A model generated the notes under the pieces. That model saw only the letters and a list, made by a program, of their open reading frames with translations, ran no database searches and was not told where the DNA came from. From contig NZ_CP064925.1 of assembly GCF_018336915.1 (NCBI RefSeq), positions 60,001 through 92,000 on the forward strand: a stretch of DNA of 32,000 nucleotides, read 5' to 3'. A program made the position numbers and the translations under genes. The stretch comes from Acaryochloris marina S15. GTDB lineage: Bacteria; Cyanobacteriota; Cyanobacteriia; Thermosynechococcales; Thermosynechococcaceae. Positions 13,852 through 22,458 of the stretch are shown one piece after another; positions within the stretch are counted from its first letter, which is position 1; every line of letters begins with the position of its first letter.

Positions 13852-16800
13852 ATGAATCGAGACATGCTCAACGAGGGAGATGTCAACACCATCATGGGCA
13901 CCAACGTTTTGTTTGGAGGCGTCCATCCCATCGTTCTCCTTGCGGGAGCGATGTTGTTCTTTCTGATGACACCCATCATCTTCAAGAACCTATTTATCGG
14001 CATCCCCCTATTCATGCTGGCGTTTGTGCTGATGTTTCTGTTTTTAGGGAATAACCCCCCACAGAAATTGCAACGCCGCACCGTCCCCAAGCAATACCGT
14101 TCCGGTCATCCCACCCTGGAGTATGACCGGGCGGGCCTGCCCAAAATGGAGCTGCCCTCTGTGAAAACCAACTACAACTTTATCGAATCAAACTACAAAT
14201 CCTTCAAGAGCTTTGGGCAGATGGCCTATGAAGGTCTAGACATTGGCTACTACATGCTGCAACGGGGGAAGCGAGAGCTGATGTTCATCTTTGCGTTTCG
14301 AGTCAAGAAAGGCCAGGAGCCAACCCTCACAGATGACATGGCATGGAGTGGTCTCAAAGGGGGCACTGCTGCGGTCACAGGGGCGACAGGGATTGATTTT
14401 AAGTCCTATTGGCACATCCATCGGAGTGCGGATGAGCCAATGGTGCAGTTGGCTGATGAGTACGAGACCAGTAATGACCCCCTCTCCCAAGCTTTAACCC
14501 AGAGTGCAGCAGAAAACCTAGACCGCTTGGAAAGCGAGGGGCGACTCGTCAAAAGTGACCTGATCTACTTCGCCAAGTACCGGATGATTTTGGGGGCTGA
14601 CTTTGAGATTAACCAAGGCTGGATGGATGCGATCGCAGAGAAAGTGACCCTCGTCCTGTCCACCCTCAAAGATGACAACTTCGACTCCCTACCGGGATGG
14701 GGAAAAGCCATTCGCCAAGCCTATGTGCGGGGCTATCGTCGGGCCTTGATTGCCCTCACCGCCTCTGATGGTTTTGGCTTAGACGTGGAAACCTTGGGGG
14801 TTCAGGAGATCATGGATATCCCCTATCAAGCCTTACATCCTGGAGAGAGCGCCCCCCTCGGCCAATACATCCGCACGGATGACCATTCAGAGCAGCCTGA
14901 AGTCATTATCCAGGACTACGGAGACCATGACTTGGGAGCCATCTTTGAACCCTATCAAGGACTCCCCACCACTCCAGACTTCACCCGCTCCACGGTCTAT
15001 ATTCCCAGTACCGGGAAGCATTGGGCCTTTGTCCGTTTAGGTAAAGTGCGCCACTATCCCGTCGATGGTCAATCCGTCCCTCGGGGCTATCTGAAATTTT
15101 TGTGGACTCGGCTAACCACCCCCACCCCCTTCTGGGACTGCCAAGTGATTACGGAGCTAACGGAAGACCCCTCCGACATCGAGATCAACAACATGGACTT
15201 GGTGATGAAGAACTCCATGAAGCGGATCGCCAAGGGCCTGCAAGAGCAAAGCCCGGATGTCACCGCTGAGATGCGCTTGACGGAAGCCAAGGAACTGCAA
15301 GGGTTCATAAAAAGCGGCTGTCGTCCCTTTTGGGCTAGCTGCGGCATCTGGGTCTATCGGGATAGTAAGCAGGAAGTGATTGAAGCATGTAACGAGCTGA
15401 TTGACCGACTCAAGACCGTACCCACCGAACTCGTCACCGAGCAGATAGAACAGTATTGGTTTCAGTCCTTCCCCTTTGAATGGAACAGCCTACTCACTAA
15501 ACCCTTTGTCCAACGACCCAAATACCTCAACTACCAGGCCGTGCCCCTGCTGCCCCAAGTGCAGATGCCGAAAATGGACGACAAAGGGCAGATGTTTTTG
15601 GGTCAGGAACTGCCCTGCCCCTTGTACCTAGATTTGCTGAACAAGTCCCCCAACCACACGGCCATCTTCGCCACCACGGGGAATGGAAAATCGGGAATCT
15701 TGTCGGGAATCTTGTTCAGCTACATCCTCAATCGCCGGGTCACCATCGTCTTTGAATACCCAAGGCCCAACGGTGAGAGTACCTATACAGATTTAGTCAA
15801 CACCTTTAATCGGATTGGCGTCAGTGCGGCCTACCACAACGTCAAAGAGCATGTCATCAACATCCTAGAATTGCCCGATATGCGATGGGTGGATGCCCTG
15901 CCCAAACCCGGTGAACCGGGCTATAAATCCACCCTCGCCACGAGGGCAGACCTGTTTGAATCGGCCTTCAACAACCATCTCGCCATCCTGCAAGCGCTGG
16001 TCATGGGCACGACGGATGATCCGACCACAGAGTTAATGGTCAGCTCCTTCCTCTCCCGTTGCTATGAAGCCTTTCATCACATCCCTGAGATTCAGCACCG
16101 CTATCAGGTCGCTAGTGAAGCCGCCTTTGGCACCCCTGAATCTCAGCAGATGCCCATCTATGAAGAATTCGTCGGCTTTGCTGAGAACTGGTTTATCCAA
16201 GAAGTGATGCGCGAGGACATCTCCGACCTGGAGAAAAACACCATTGGCCTAATTCGTACCCAGCTTAAAGGCGTCCTGTCCAAAGCCCTAGGCCGCTCCA
16301 TCAACGGCATCTCCAGCTTTGATAGCAACGTCCAATGCCTCGTTCTCGCCATGACCAACGTCAGCGACTCCATCGACTCCTTGATCTACTCAATGGTGGG
16401 CTTTAACCTGCTGCTCCGCAAGGCCATGAGTACATTAGGGTCTGCTCTGATTACCGACGAAGGCACCCGCATCTATAAGTTTGCCTCCTATGCGCGGCTG
16501 TCCGGTCGAGTGCCGTCTGAGGGCCGCAAGTGGGCCTGCAACTATATTGTTGCTGCAACGGAAGTGGAAACCATCTATCAGTCCGTCGCCGGCAATGAAA
16601 TCTTCACCAACCTGCAAAACATCTTTTGTGGGGGATTGCAGGATATCTCCATTAACCGCCTGTGCAACGATTTGGGATTTAGGCGAGAGATTTTAGAGAA
16701 ATATGTGGGTAAAGGGATTTCCCATACCCGGCAAGAGAGCTACTGGTATTGGAAACGAGACAACCAGCATGTGGAGGTCAGCTTTAACCCCTCCAGCATG

Positions 16801-17028
16801 TTGATGGGCCTCGTCGCCACGGACAAAAAAGAAGTGGAATTAAGGGACCGCATCTTAGAGCATTATCCCCATGACCCGATTGCAGGCTACCGCATCCACG
16901 GTGACCTCCTCGCCCGCGCCCACCGAGCGGGCCTCTGCCCATCCACCATCACAGAGGAACAGTATGTACCCCTTCCCCCAGCGTCTGAAGAAGCCCCTGC
17001 TGATCGTGATTCTGTGGGTATCCGTTAA
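13852..17028 (+). CDS. virB4: VirB3-VirB4 fusion (TrbD/TrbE-like) T4SS ATPase
   Basis: GGAG at 13841-13844 favours ATG 13852 over the track's TTG at 13831. The N-terminal ~90 aa have two TM helices (VHPIVLLAGAMLFFLMTPIIF, LFIGIPLFMLAFVLMFLFLG), as in VirB3. Walker A FATTGNGKSGIL and Walker B-like ALITDEGTRIY lie in the C-terminal half. Size and position match VirB4/TrbE. Confidence 0.85.
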   Translation: MNRDMLNEGDVNTIMGTNVLFGGVHPIVLLAGAMLFFLMTPIIFKNLFIGIPLFMLAFVLMFLFLGNNPPQKLQRRTVPKQYRSGHPTLEYDRAGLPKMELPSVKTNYNFIESNYKSFKSFGQMAYEGLDIGYYMLQRGKRELMFIFAFRVKKGQEPTLTDDMAWSGLKGGTAAVTGATGIDFKSYWHIHRSADEPMVQLADEYETSNDPLSQALTQSAAENLDRLESEGRLVKSDLIYFAKYRMILGADFEINQGWMDAIAEKVTLVLSTLKDDNFDSLPGWGKAIRQAYVRGYRRALIALTASDGFGLDVETLGVQEIMDIPYQALHPGESAPLGQYIRTDDHSEQPEVIIQDYGDHDLGAIFEPYQGLPTTPDFTRSTVYIPSTGKHWAFVRLGKVRHYPVDGQSVPRGYLKFLWTRLTTPTPFWDCQVITELTEDPSDIEINNMDLVMKNSMKRIAKGLQEQSPDVTAEMRLTEAKELQGFIKSGCRPFWASCGIWVYRDSKQEVIEACNELIDRLKTVPTELVTEQIEQYWFQSFPFEWNSLLTKPFVQRPKYLNYQAVPLLPQVQMPKMDDKGQMFLGQELPCPLYLDLLNKSPNHTAIFATTGNGKSGILSGILFSYILNRRVTIVFEYPRPNGESTYTDLVNTFNRIGVSAAYHNVKEHVINILELPDMRWVDALPKPGEPGYKSTLATRADLFESAFNNHLAILQALVMGTTDDPTTELMVSSFLSRCYEAFHHIPEIQHRYQVASEAAFGTPESQQMPIYEEFVGFAENWFIQEVMREDISDLEKNTIGLIRTQLKGVLSKALGRSINGISSFDSNVQCLVLAMTNVSDSIDSLIYSMVGFNLLLRKAMSTLGSALITDEGTRIYKFASYARLSGRVPSEGRKWACNYIVAATEVETIYQSVAGNEIFTNLQNIFCGGLQDISINRLCNDLGFRREILEKYVGKGISHTRQESYWYWKRDNQHVEVSFNPSSMLMGLVATDKKEVELRDRILEHYPHDPIAGYRIHGDLLARAHRAGLCPSTITEEQYVPLPPASEEAPADRDSVGIR

Positions 17029-18070
17029 CCCCCCGATTCATGCCCAGAGCTTTACAGGCGAAGATACCCCCTATACGGACATCATCACCCAGACTGCTTC
17101 CACTCCAGGCGACAGTCCCTATAACGTCGGTGATATCTATTCCAGCCCGGACTCAGGCAACGGTCAGCCCAAAGGACTGCTCGACCGAATCTTGAGCAAG
17201 AAAGCCCAAAAATCCCTGTTCAAAGTGATTGAGCATGGGTCCAAAGCTCTTAAAGCTGCCAAGATTGGCCGCAATGTCTACCGGGCCGTCACGGGTAAAC
17301 GACTTCAGCCCGCCCTCAAAGGCGTCACCGATATCTTGGTGCTATATGGCATCATCGATCCCCCCAAAACCACGGCTCAAGGAGGCAGCTCCACGGATGG
17401 ACGCCCCATCTATAAAGGGCCATCCTATGAAGATAATCCGTCTCGGTTGGACATCGAGCCGAATAGCCCTCGTGAAGTCTATGCCATCGCCCGTAATGTC
17501 CGGGCCATCGGTGAAGAGTTCCACGAGAAGCTGACCCAGATAGTCCTCAGTGACGAGGGCCAAGAACTGATTCAAGCAGAGGAAGCCACCGCTGCCCTCG
17601 CCCAAGAAGAGGCCATTGCCGCTCAAGACAGCATCACGGAAATCGTGGGGGTGAGTGAAGAACAAGCGAGTGCCAATGTCTCCGCTGCTGAAGAAGTCCA
17701 AGTGCTCGGTGCCGAAGCCCAAGGAGATAAAAGCTCCCAAAGCATTTTGAAACGCCTCTCTCTCCAGCAAGCCTTTAGCTCCAGTATTGGTGCCCAGACC
17801 TCCCAGCAGCTCACAGGGCTGACGGCTGCAACCGCCCATCAGAACCGGAGCTTAGGGGCCATCGCCAGCCAGAACCTCGTGCAGACCCGCAAATTGAGCA
17901 AGCTAGAACTCCTTCAGGCATCGGGGAACCAGCAGCGTACCCAGACCAATTTCATGTTAGAGGCATTGAAGAATGGAGAAGACCTTAAGCAGGATATCCA
18001 GGTCGCGAGTACCAAATACTCCTTCTTTACCCCGCAGATCCCTGGACTGGGTGAACCGGAATCAAAATAA
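16964..18070 (+). CDS. Secreted coiled-coil protein in the TrbJ/VirB5 position
   Basis: AGAGGA 6 nt upstream of ATG 16964 (the track start at 16871 overlaps virB4). Signal peptide MYPFPQRLKKPLLIVILWVSVNPPIHA|QS. The C-terminal half is A/E/Q-rich and helical (EEATAALAQEEAIAAQD...QQLTGLTAATAHQNRSLGAIASQNL). The function call rests on position and topology only. Confidence 0.4.
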   Translation: MYPFPQRLKKPLLIVILWVSVNPPIHAQSFTGEDTPYTDIITQTASTPGDSPYNVGDIYSSPDSGNGQPKGLLDRILSKKAQKSLFKVIEHGSKALKAAKIGRNVYRAVTGKRLQPALKGVTDILVLYGIIDPPKTTAQGGSSTDGRPIYKGPSYEDNPSRLDIEPNSPREVYAIARNVRAIGEEFHEKLTQIVLSDEGQELIQAEEATAALAQEEAIAAQDSITEIVGVSEEQASANVSAAEEVQVLGAEAQGDKSSQSILKRLSLQQAFSSSIGAQTSQQLTGLTAATAHQNRSLGAIASQNLVQTRKLSKLELLQASGNQQRTQTNFMLEALKNGEDLKQDIQVASTKYSFFTPQIPGLGEPESK

Positions 18071-19448
18071 GGTTCTGCTACTGGCTTTTCTGTTGTCTCT
18101 AGTCTGGGTGCTGTTGACTGCCCACCCGGCATGGGGCAAGGAATCCCTCAATTACAATGGCCTCGATTACCTCCAGCGGATCACGAAAAACATCACCAAA
18201 ACCGCTGCCTGGTGGGATGACCTGTGGGATGGCACCTTTGATCCTGACAATGCGGGGAATACCATCAACAACCGGGCCGTTATGGATGTCGTCCGGTATG
18301 TGCTACTGGCGGGATTTATCACCTGGAGCTGGAAGATTGGTCGCAAGATCTTTGAAAGAGGGAGTGATATCAGCGACTGGGTGAAGTTCATCATCCCCGT
18401 GGTCTTAGTGTCCGTCTTCCTCGCCAACTCAGGGCAAGCCATCTACCATACCGCTCATGGCATGAGGCAGATCGTCAATGCCGCTCCCGCTGTGGTCGCT
18501 AAGGCCCAAGTCGCAGGCTTTAATGTCCGTCTAGCCATTAACGATGCCCTGTTCTCCCAAGTCACCCGGACGGTCATTTCTCAAGAGGCGAAGAAATGCG
18601 CCCAACTCCATCCTCCAGGCGTCAATCTGACGGAAGAAGAAAAGACACAGCTGAGCCTCAAGAAATTGGGTCGAAGGCAGGACGTCAGTCGACAAGTGGG
18701 GCGAGAACTGACGGGGGAGGAGGTTGCGACAGTCTACAAACAAGCCTCTATGAATCAGCTCCAGTGCCTCCAGTCCTTAGAAGTCTTTATTCAGGACCAG
18801 AAAAAGACGATTAAAGAAGGTTGCCCCGACTGTAAGACCGCCCTGGAATTAACCGAGCGGAGTCAGGAAGCAGCTCAAGAGGCGATTGCGCGGAATATGG
18901 AAGATCTGGCCGTCAAGGGATTTGACATCGCTAAGTCAGCCGCCATCAAAACGGCCATATTCGCGGTTCATCCAGGGTTAGCCCTCGCGGAGATGATTGC
19001 TCCAGACTGGCAGCAAATCTTGACGGAAATCGCCATGATGATGGCCTGGATCTTCATCGCGGGTCAGGAGTTGTCCTTGCTGCTGGCCGCCTTACTTGGC
19101 CCCGTCGCCTTTGCCTTGGGCACGATCCCCCACGGCCAGAATGCCATCGTGGAGTGGCTGCTGTTCTTCGCCCGCGTCCTGCTTGTGCGCCTCGCCTACG
19201 TCATCCTGATTGGGTTTGTGGCCGTGATGTTAGCGGGCGTGGCTGCGACCCCCCTCATCTTCCCCCTATTCTTCGGCATCTTTGCCCCCTACATCGCCTA
19301 CAAAGCCGTGAACGATGGGGTGGGTTTAGCTGCAGATGCCTTCCGCTCTAAGGCAATCGGTGTCGCTTCAGCGGGGGCGGGCATCGTGACGGGGGGACTG
19401 ATTACCCTCAACAGCGTTATGCAGACCAGAGCGATGCGAAATCGTTAG
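18051..19448 (+). CDS. Polytopic membrane protein, TrbL/VirB6-like
   Basis: GTG at 18051 gives MNRNQNKVLLLAFLLSLVWVLLTAHPAWG|KE (signal-like); the alternative ATG at 17973 overlaps the previous gene by 98 nt. There are multiple TM helices, a ~150-aa hydrophilic insert, and a C-terminal cluster of TM helices (LLLAALLGPVAFALGTIP, VLLVRLAYVILIGFVAVMLAG, PLIFPLFFGIFAPYIAY). It sits where trbL/virB6 sits in Trb operons. Confidence 0.55.
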   Translation: MNRNQNKVLLLAFLLSLVWVLLTAHPAWGKESLNYNGLDYLQRITKNITKTAAWWDDLWDGTFDPDNAGNTINNRAVMDVVRYVLLAGFITWSWKIGRKIFERGSDISDWVKFIIPVVLVSVFLANSGQAIYHTAHGMRQIVNAAPAVVAKAQVAGFNVRLAINDALFSQVTRTVISQEAKKCAQLHPPGVNLTEEEKTQLSLKKLGRRQDVSRQVGRELTGEEVATVYKQASMNQLQCLQSLEVFIQDQKKTIKEGCPDCKTALELTERSQEAAQEAIARNMEDLAVKGFDIAKSAAIKTAIFAVHPGLALAEMIAPDWQQILTEIAMMMAWIFIAGQELSLLLAALLGPVAFALGTIPHGQNAIVEWLLFFARVLLVRLAYVILIGFVAVMLAGVAATPLIFPLFFGIFAPYIAYKAVNDGVGLAADAFRSKAIGVASAGAGIVTGGLITLNSVMQTRAMRNR

Positions 19449-19459
19449 GAGAAACCACC

Positions 19460-20176
19460 ATGCTCACCAAAATCACCATCCCGAAAAACCCTTTGCAAGC
19501 CGTGGAGAAAGGCAAGTGGATGCCCTATCTAATCATCGGTTTAACGGTACTCAATACCGGCCTGCTGTTTCGAGTGGGCCTCAGCAGCAAGCAGGCCGCT
19601 CAACGAGAACTCTCCAATGTGTTCGTGCAGCTTCCCAACAACCAGACCGTGGAAGCGAAGTCCGTAGATAAACGACATCGGGAAACCTCCCATATCCAAG
19701 ACTTTGCTCATAAGTGGGTGAGTGCGGCCTTCTCCTGGAGCAAGGGAGAGGGGAAGACCGAGGGCAAGATTGAGTACCCGGCTCAATTCTATGACGTGTC
19801 CTACGCCATTGACCTGTCTTACCGGGTGGGGTGGATGGAATCGATCCACAAAAAGTATGACCAGGACTTTCCCTTTCGTAACTACACCTCTGGCAATTGG
19901 GAAGCTCAAGTGCAGATTCTAGATCGGCAAAAAGACATCGTTGTCGAACAACTTGAACCGGGACTGTGGAAAGTGACGGTGATTGCGACCCGACTCCATA
20001 ACCGAGATAAAGAACGAGACTTCATCGAGCGGTTGAACCAAGAGCTGATCCTCAAATCCGTTGATTTTGTGAAAACCGAAGACCAAGACCAGACCCAGCT
20101 TGCCAAGTTGATGCGCGTGGGCCAGGAATATGGCCTGCAAATTGTTGAAATCCGAGACGTAAAGGTGACCTTATGA
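19460..20176 (+). CDS. Bitopic membrane protein, VirB8/TrbF-like
   Basis: AGGAG upstream. Short cytoplasmic N-terminus, a single TM helix (WMPYLIIGLTVLNTGLLF) and a ~190-aa periplasmic domain; IQDFAHKWVSAAFSW resembles the VirB8 helix-1 region. Its stop overlaps the next start (ATGA at 20173-20176). Confidence 0.5.
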   Translation: MLTKITIPKNPLQAVEKGKWMPYLIIGLTVLNTGLLFRVGLSSKQAAQRELSNVFVQLPNNQTVEAKSVDKRHRETSHIQDFAHKWVSAAFSWSKGEGKTEGKIEYPAQFYDVSYAIDLSYRVGWMESIHKKYDQDFPFRNYTSGNWEAQVQILDRQKDIVVEQLEPGLWKVTVIATRLHNRDKERDFIERLNQELILKSVDFVKTEDQDQTQLAKLMRVGQEYGLQIVEIRDVKVTL

Positions 20177-21618
20177 ACACGACCCAAAAAGCCAAACATG
20201 CTAGAGATGTACTGCTCAAGCGCAAACCCGCCCCATCCGAGGGAACATCTAACGCGAAGCAGGATGACCCTAAAGAGACCCGTACACCAGCGGTATCCCT
20301 CGCTAACCTAGCGATGCCAGAGACGAAGACCACCGTCCCCAAGAACAAGCTGTATAAGCGGCTGTGGTTTCAGCTTTTGCTCCTCACCGTCGTGGGGACA
20401 CCCTTTGCCTTACTCGCCACGGGGATGCTGTATGGGAGCGCCCCTCAACAGGCTGAGTCAAACCCCCAAAGTGAAGAGACGGGTTCTACGGTAGCCCAGA
20501 GTCAAGAAGAAGTACTCACCCAAGAGAATGCGGATCTGAAGGTGGAAATAGCGGCATTGCGGCAGTCCTTGGACGGTCAGCCCGTTTCTCCTGCTCAGAA
20601 TAAGGGGCCAAAGCCCGCAGCCGTTCCCCCGACCCCTAAGCCTCAAGGGAGACCTCCCAGTCCGACCCATCGAGTGACCCGACCGATTCGCTATCAAAGC
20701 GCCGTTCCTCGGACCCAGCCCAAGCCCCGAATCGTCTACAGGGACAGACCCGCACCCAAGACTCAACCCGTGGTTGCGGCTAGACCTCCAGCACCTAGAC
20801 CACAACCTCAGCCCGTTGCTCAAGCTGCCCCCCAGCCTGCTAGTAACTTCAGCCTCAGCAAACAATCGGCTTTTGCCCCGAAGCCCGTCCAACCTAAACC
20901 CATTCGTCCCATCCAGGTTTCCACCTCTCACCCCGTCCGTAAACCGATAACCACAAAACCCATTGCTCAAACCCCACCAGCCCCACCCCAAGGCGTTCTG
21001 GTCGCTTCCCTCACGGGTGACTTGCTGGAGGATAACCAAGTCGTCACGGATTCACCCACGGCCCTATACCCAGCAACCAGTAACCCATTGGGTAAAGGGT
21101 TGATTGCTGCTGGCACCACGGCTAAGGCAAAGCTCGATAACCCGATTACCTGGATACCCCAGAACAGTGACGCGATCATCGGTCAGCGGTATCTATTAAC
21201 CCTCAGTGAAGACTTAGGGGCGATGGCGAAGAAAGGCTCCAAGGTTGTTGCAGAGGTAACGGCTGCGGAAGGAGACTTTTTGAGTATGCAAGTCGTGGAA
21301 GTCAACCAACAGCCCATTGAGCATATGGATCTAACGGGTGAGTCACCAGAGTCCAGGAAGACCCCCGTTGCTGTCATTCAGTACAAGCAGTCTCCACATC
21401 TGCAAGCCAAGCTCAAAGGTCAGGGTGAAGGCTTTGGTAACAAACTACTCAGGGCGGGCCTGAATGTGGGGATTGACCAGCTCCGCTCCAGCAGTGTGGG
21501 AGATAGAGCCTCGTCTGTCGTCAATAGTCTAGCCCCTAGCCGTTCCTCCAGTGGTTCTAGGAATGGCCTCTATCACTTCAACAAGGAAGTTGAAATCTAT
21601 TTCATGGAGGGCGTGTAA
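20173..21618 (+). CDS. VirB10/TrbI-like protein
   Basis: Cytoplasmic N-terminus, TM helix (LWFQLLLLTVVGTPFALLATGML), short coiled coil, a ~150-aa Pro-rich region and a C-terminal domain with LIAAGTTAKAKLDNPITW...GQRYLLTL, resembling the VirB10 pattern l.aGt.i.a.L...i.s. The architecture is typical of VirB10/TrbI. Confidence 0.6.
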   Translation: MNTTQKAKHARDVLLKRKPAPSEGTSNAKQDDPKETRTPAVSLANLAMPETKTTVPKNKLYKRLWFQLLLLTVVGTPFALLATGMLYGSAPQQAESNPQSEETGSTVAQSQEEVLTQENADLKVEIAALRQSLDGQPVSPAQNKGPKPAAVPPTPKPQGRPPSPTHRVTRPIRYQSAVPRTQPKPRIVYRDRPAPKTQPVVAARPPAPRPQPQPVAQAAPQPASNFSLSKQSAFAPKPVQPKPIRPIQVSTSHPVRKPITTKPIAQTPPAPPQGVLVASLTGDLLEDNQVVTDSPTALYPATSNPLGKGLIAAGTTAKAKLDNPITWIPQNSDAIIGQRYLLTLSEDLGAMAKKGSKVVAEVTAAEGDFLSMQVVEVNQQPIEHMDLTGESPESRKTPVAVIQYKQSPHLQAKLKGQGEGFGNKLLRAGLNVGIDQLRSSSVGDRASSVVNSLAPSRSSSGSRNGLYHFNKEVEIYFMEGV

Positions 21619-21746
21619 TGAAAGGTTGTCTTGTCATCGTTCTGATCGTCCTGACGCCGTTCCTATTCCTTGCAGGCCCCATCGGTTGGATTTTGGGGGT
21701 TATCGCCTGGATTCTGCTGCTCAAAGACTCTGGAAACGATCAGTGA
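21618..21746 (+). CDS. 42-aa hydrophobic micro-protein, translationally coupled to the VirB10-like gene
   Basis: Below the track cutoff. TAATG overlap (stop 21616-21618, ATG 21618-21620), GGAGGG at 21607-21612, TGA at 21744-21746. Translation: MKGCLVIVLIVLTPFLFLAGPIGWILGVIAWILLLKDSGNDQ (two hydrophobic helices). Confidence 0.4.
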   Translation: MKGCLVIVLIVLTPFLFLAGPIGWILGVIAWILLLKDSGNDQ

Positions 21747-21789
21747 ATTTCACCACAGGCATTGATAAAAATATGGACGAGGTAGAAAA

Positions 21790-22344
21790 ATGCACAGTCA
21801 TACTTTAAGCCAAGGAAGGGCAAGCGTCCGTCGCTTTTTGGGAGCTTTGAAAGGATTCTCCGTCAATTTCAAATGGCATCGCCATACAGAACCCTTAGTA
21901 ATAGAAGGAGAAGATGCGACCGATAAGGTTTTAGAAGCCTATCGCCGTGGTGTTAGAAACTTTGATGGCTCAATCTTTCCTGACAATGCCGATTTTTGTG
22001 AGCAAAAGCTTCATCGAGTCTCCTTTGCAGGGGCAAGGCTGACACAGGCATGGTTTTGTTGTGGCAGCTTCAGAGGTGCATGTTTTGCTAATGCGTTCCT
22101 AGAAGAGTCTAGCTTTGACGATTCAGATTGCAGAGGTGTGGATTTCTCAGGAGCTAACTTAGCGGGAGCTGAGTTTCAGAACACGGATTTGAAAGGAGCG
22201 AAGTTCACTGATGCCCAACTGCAAGGTGCTTTCTTTGACCGCGCTGATCTGGTTGGCGTGGATCTAACAGGGGCCAATGTGCAAGATGCGGAATTCTTGG
22301 ATGTACGCAGGGTTAGGAGTGAACCTCCATTCGTTGAGCTGTAG
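21790..22344 (+). CDS. Pentapeptide-repeat protein
   Basis: 184-aa ORF. Its C-terminal ~110 aa are tandem A(D/N)LxG/F-type pentads: FAGARLTQAWFCCGSFRGACFANAFLEESSFDDSDCRGVDFSGANLAGAEFQNTDLKGAKFTDAQLQGAFFDRADLVGVDLTGANVQDAEF. Confidence 0.85.
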   Translation: MHSHTLSQGRASVRRFLGALKGFSVNFKWHRHTEPLVIEGEDATDKVLEAYRRGVRNFDGSIFPDNADFCEQKLHRVSFAGARLTQAWFCCGSFRGACFANAFLEESSFDDSDCRGVDFSGANLAGAEFQNTDLKGAKFTDAQLQGAFFDRADLVGVDLTGANVQDAEFLDVRRVRSEPPFVEL

Positions 22345-22458
22345 ATCGTCAATCAATCACCTTTAGTTTTCCCTTCAAATATGGGTTCAGATAGCGGCTC
22401 CAGATGGGGCCGTTTTTCCTTAGCGGTACATTCTTACATCGCACCAAAGCCTTCCCTT

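Noticed and set aside
14629-14636. HIP1 palindrome GCGATCGC as a cyanobacterial marker
   Set aside because: I found only one exact copy by eye in 32 kb, plus several one-off variants. That is too few to argue either for host identity or for foreign origin without genome-wide frequencies.
17342-17839. 165-aa minus-strand ORF, and similar antisense ORFs at 20458-21039, 23599-24003, 8086-8415 and 19541-19909
   Set aside because: All lie entirely inside long, motif-supported plus-strand genes in the >50% GC part, where stop-poor antisense frames are expected. Their compositions are Gly/Arg/Leu-rich and shadow-like, and none has a recognisable motif.
20560-21000. Possible tandem DNA repeats in the Pro-rich part of the VirB10-like gene
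   Set aside because: This is compositional low complexity (CCN/AAR codons) without a fixed repeat unit, as is typical of VirB10 proline-rich linkers.
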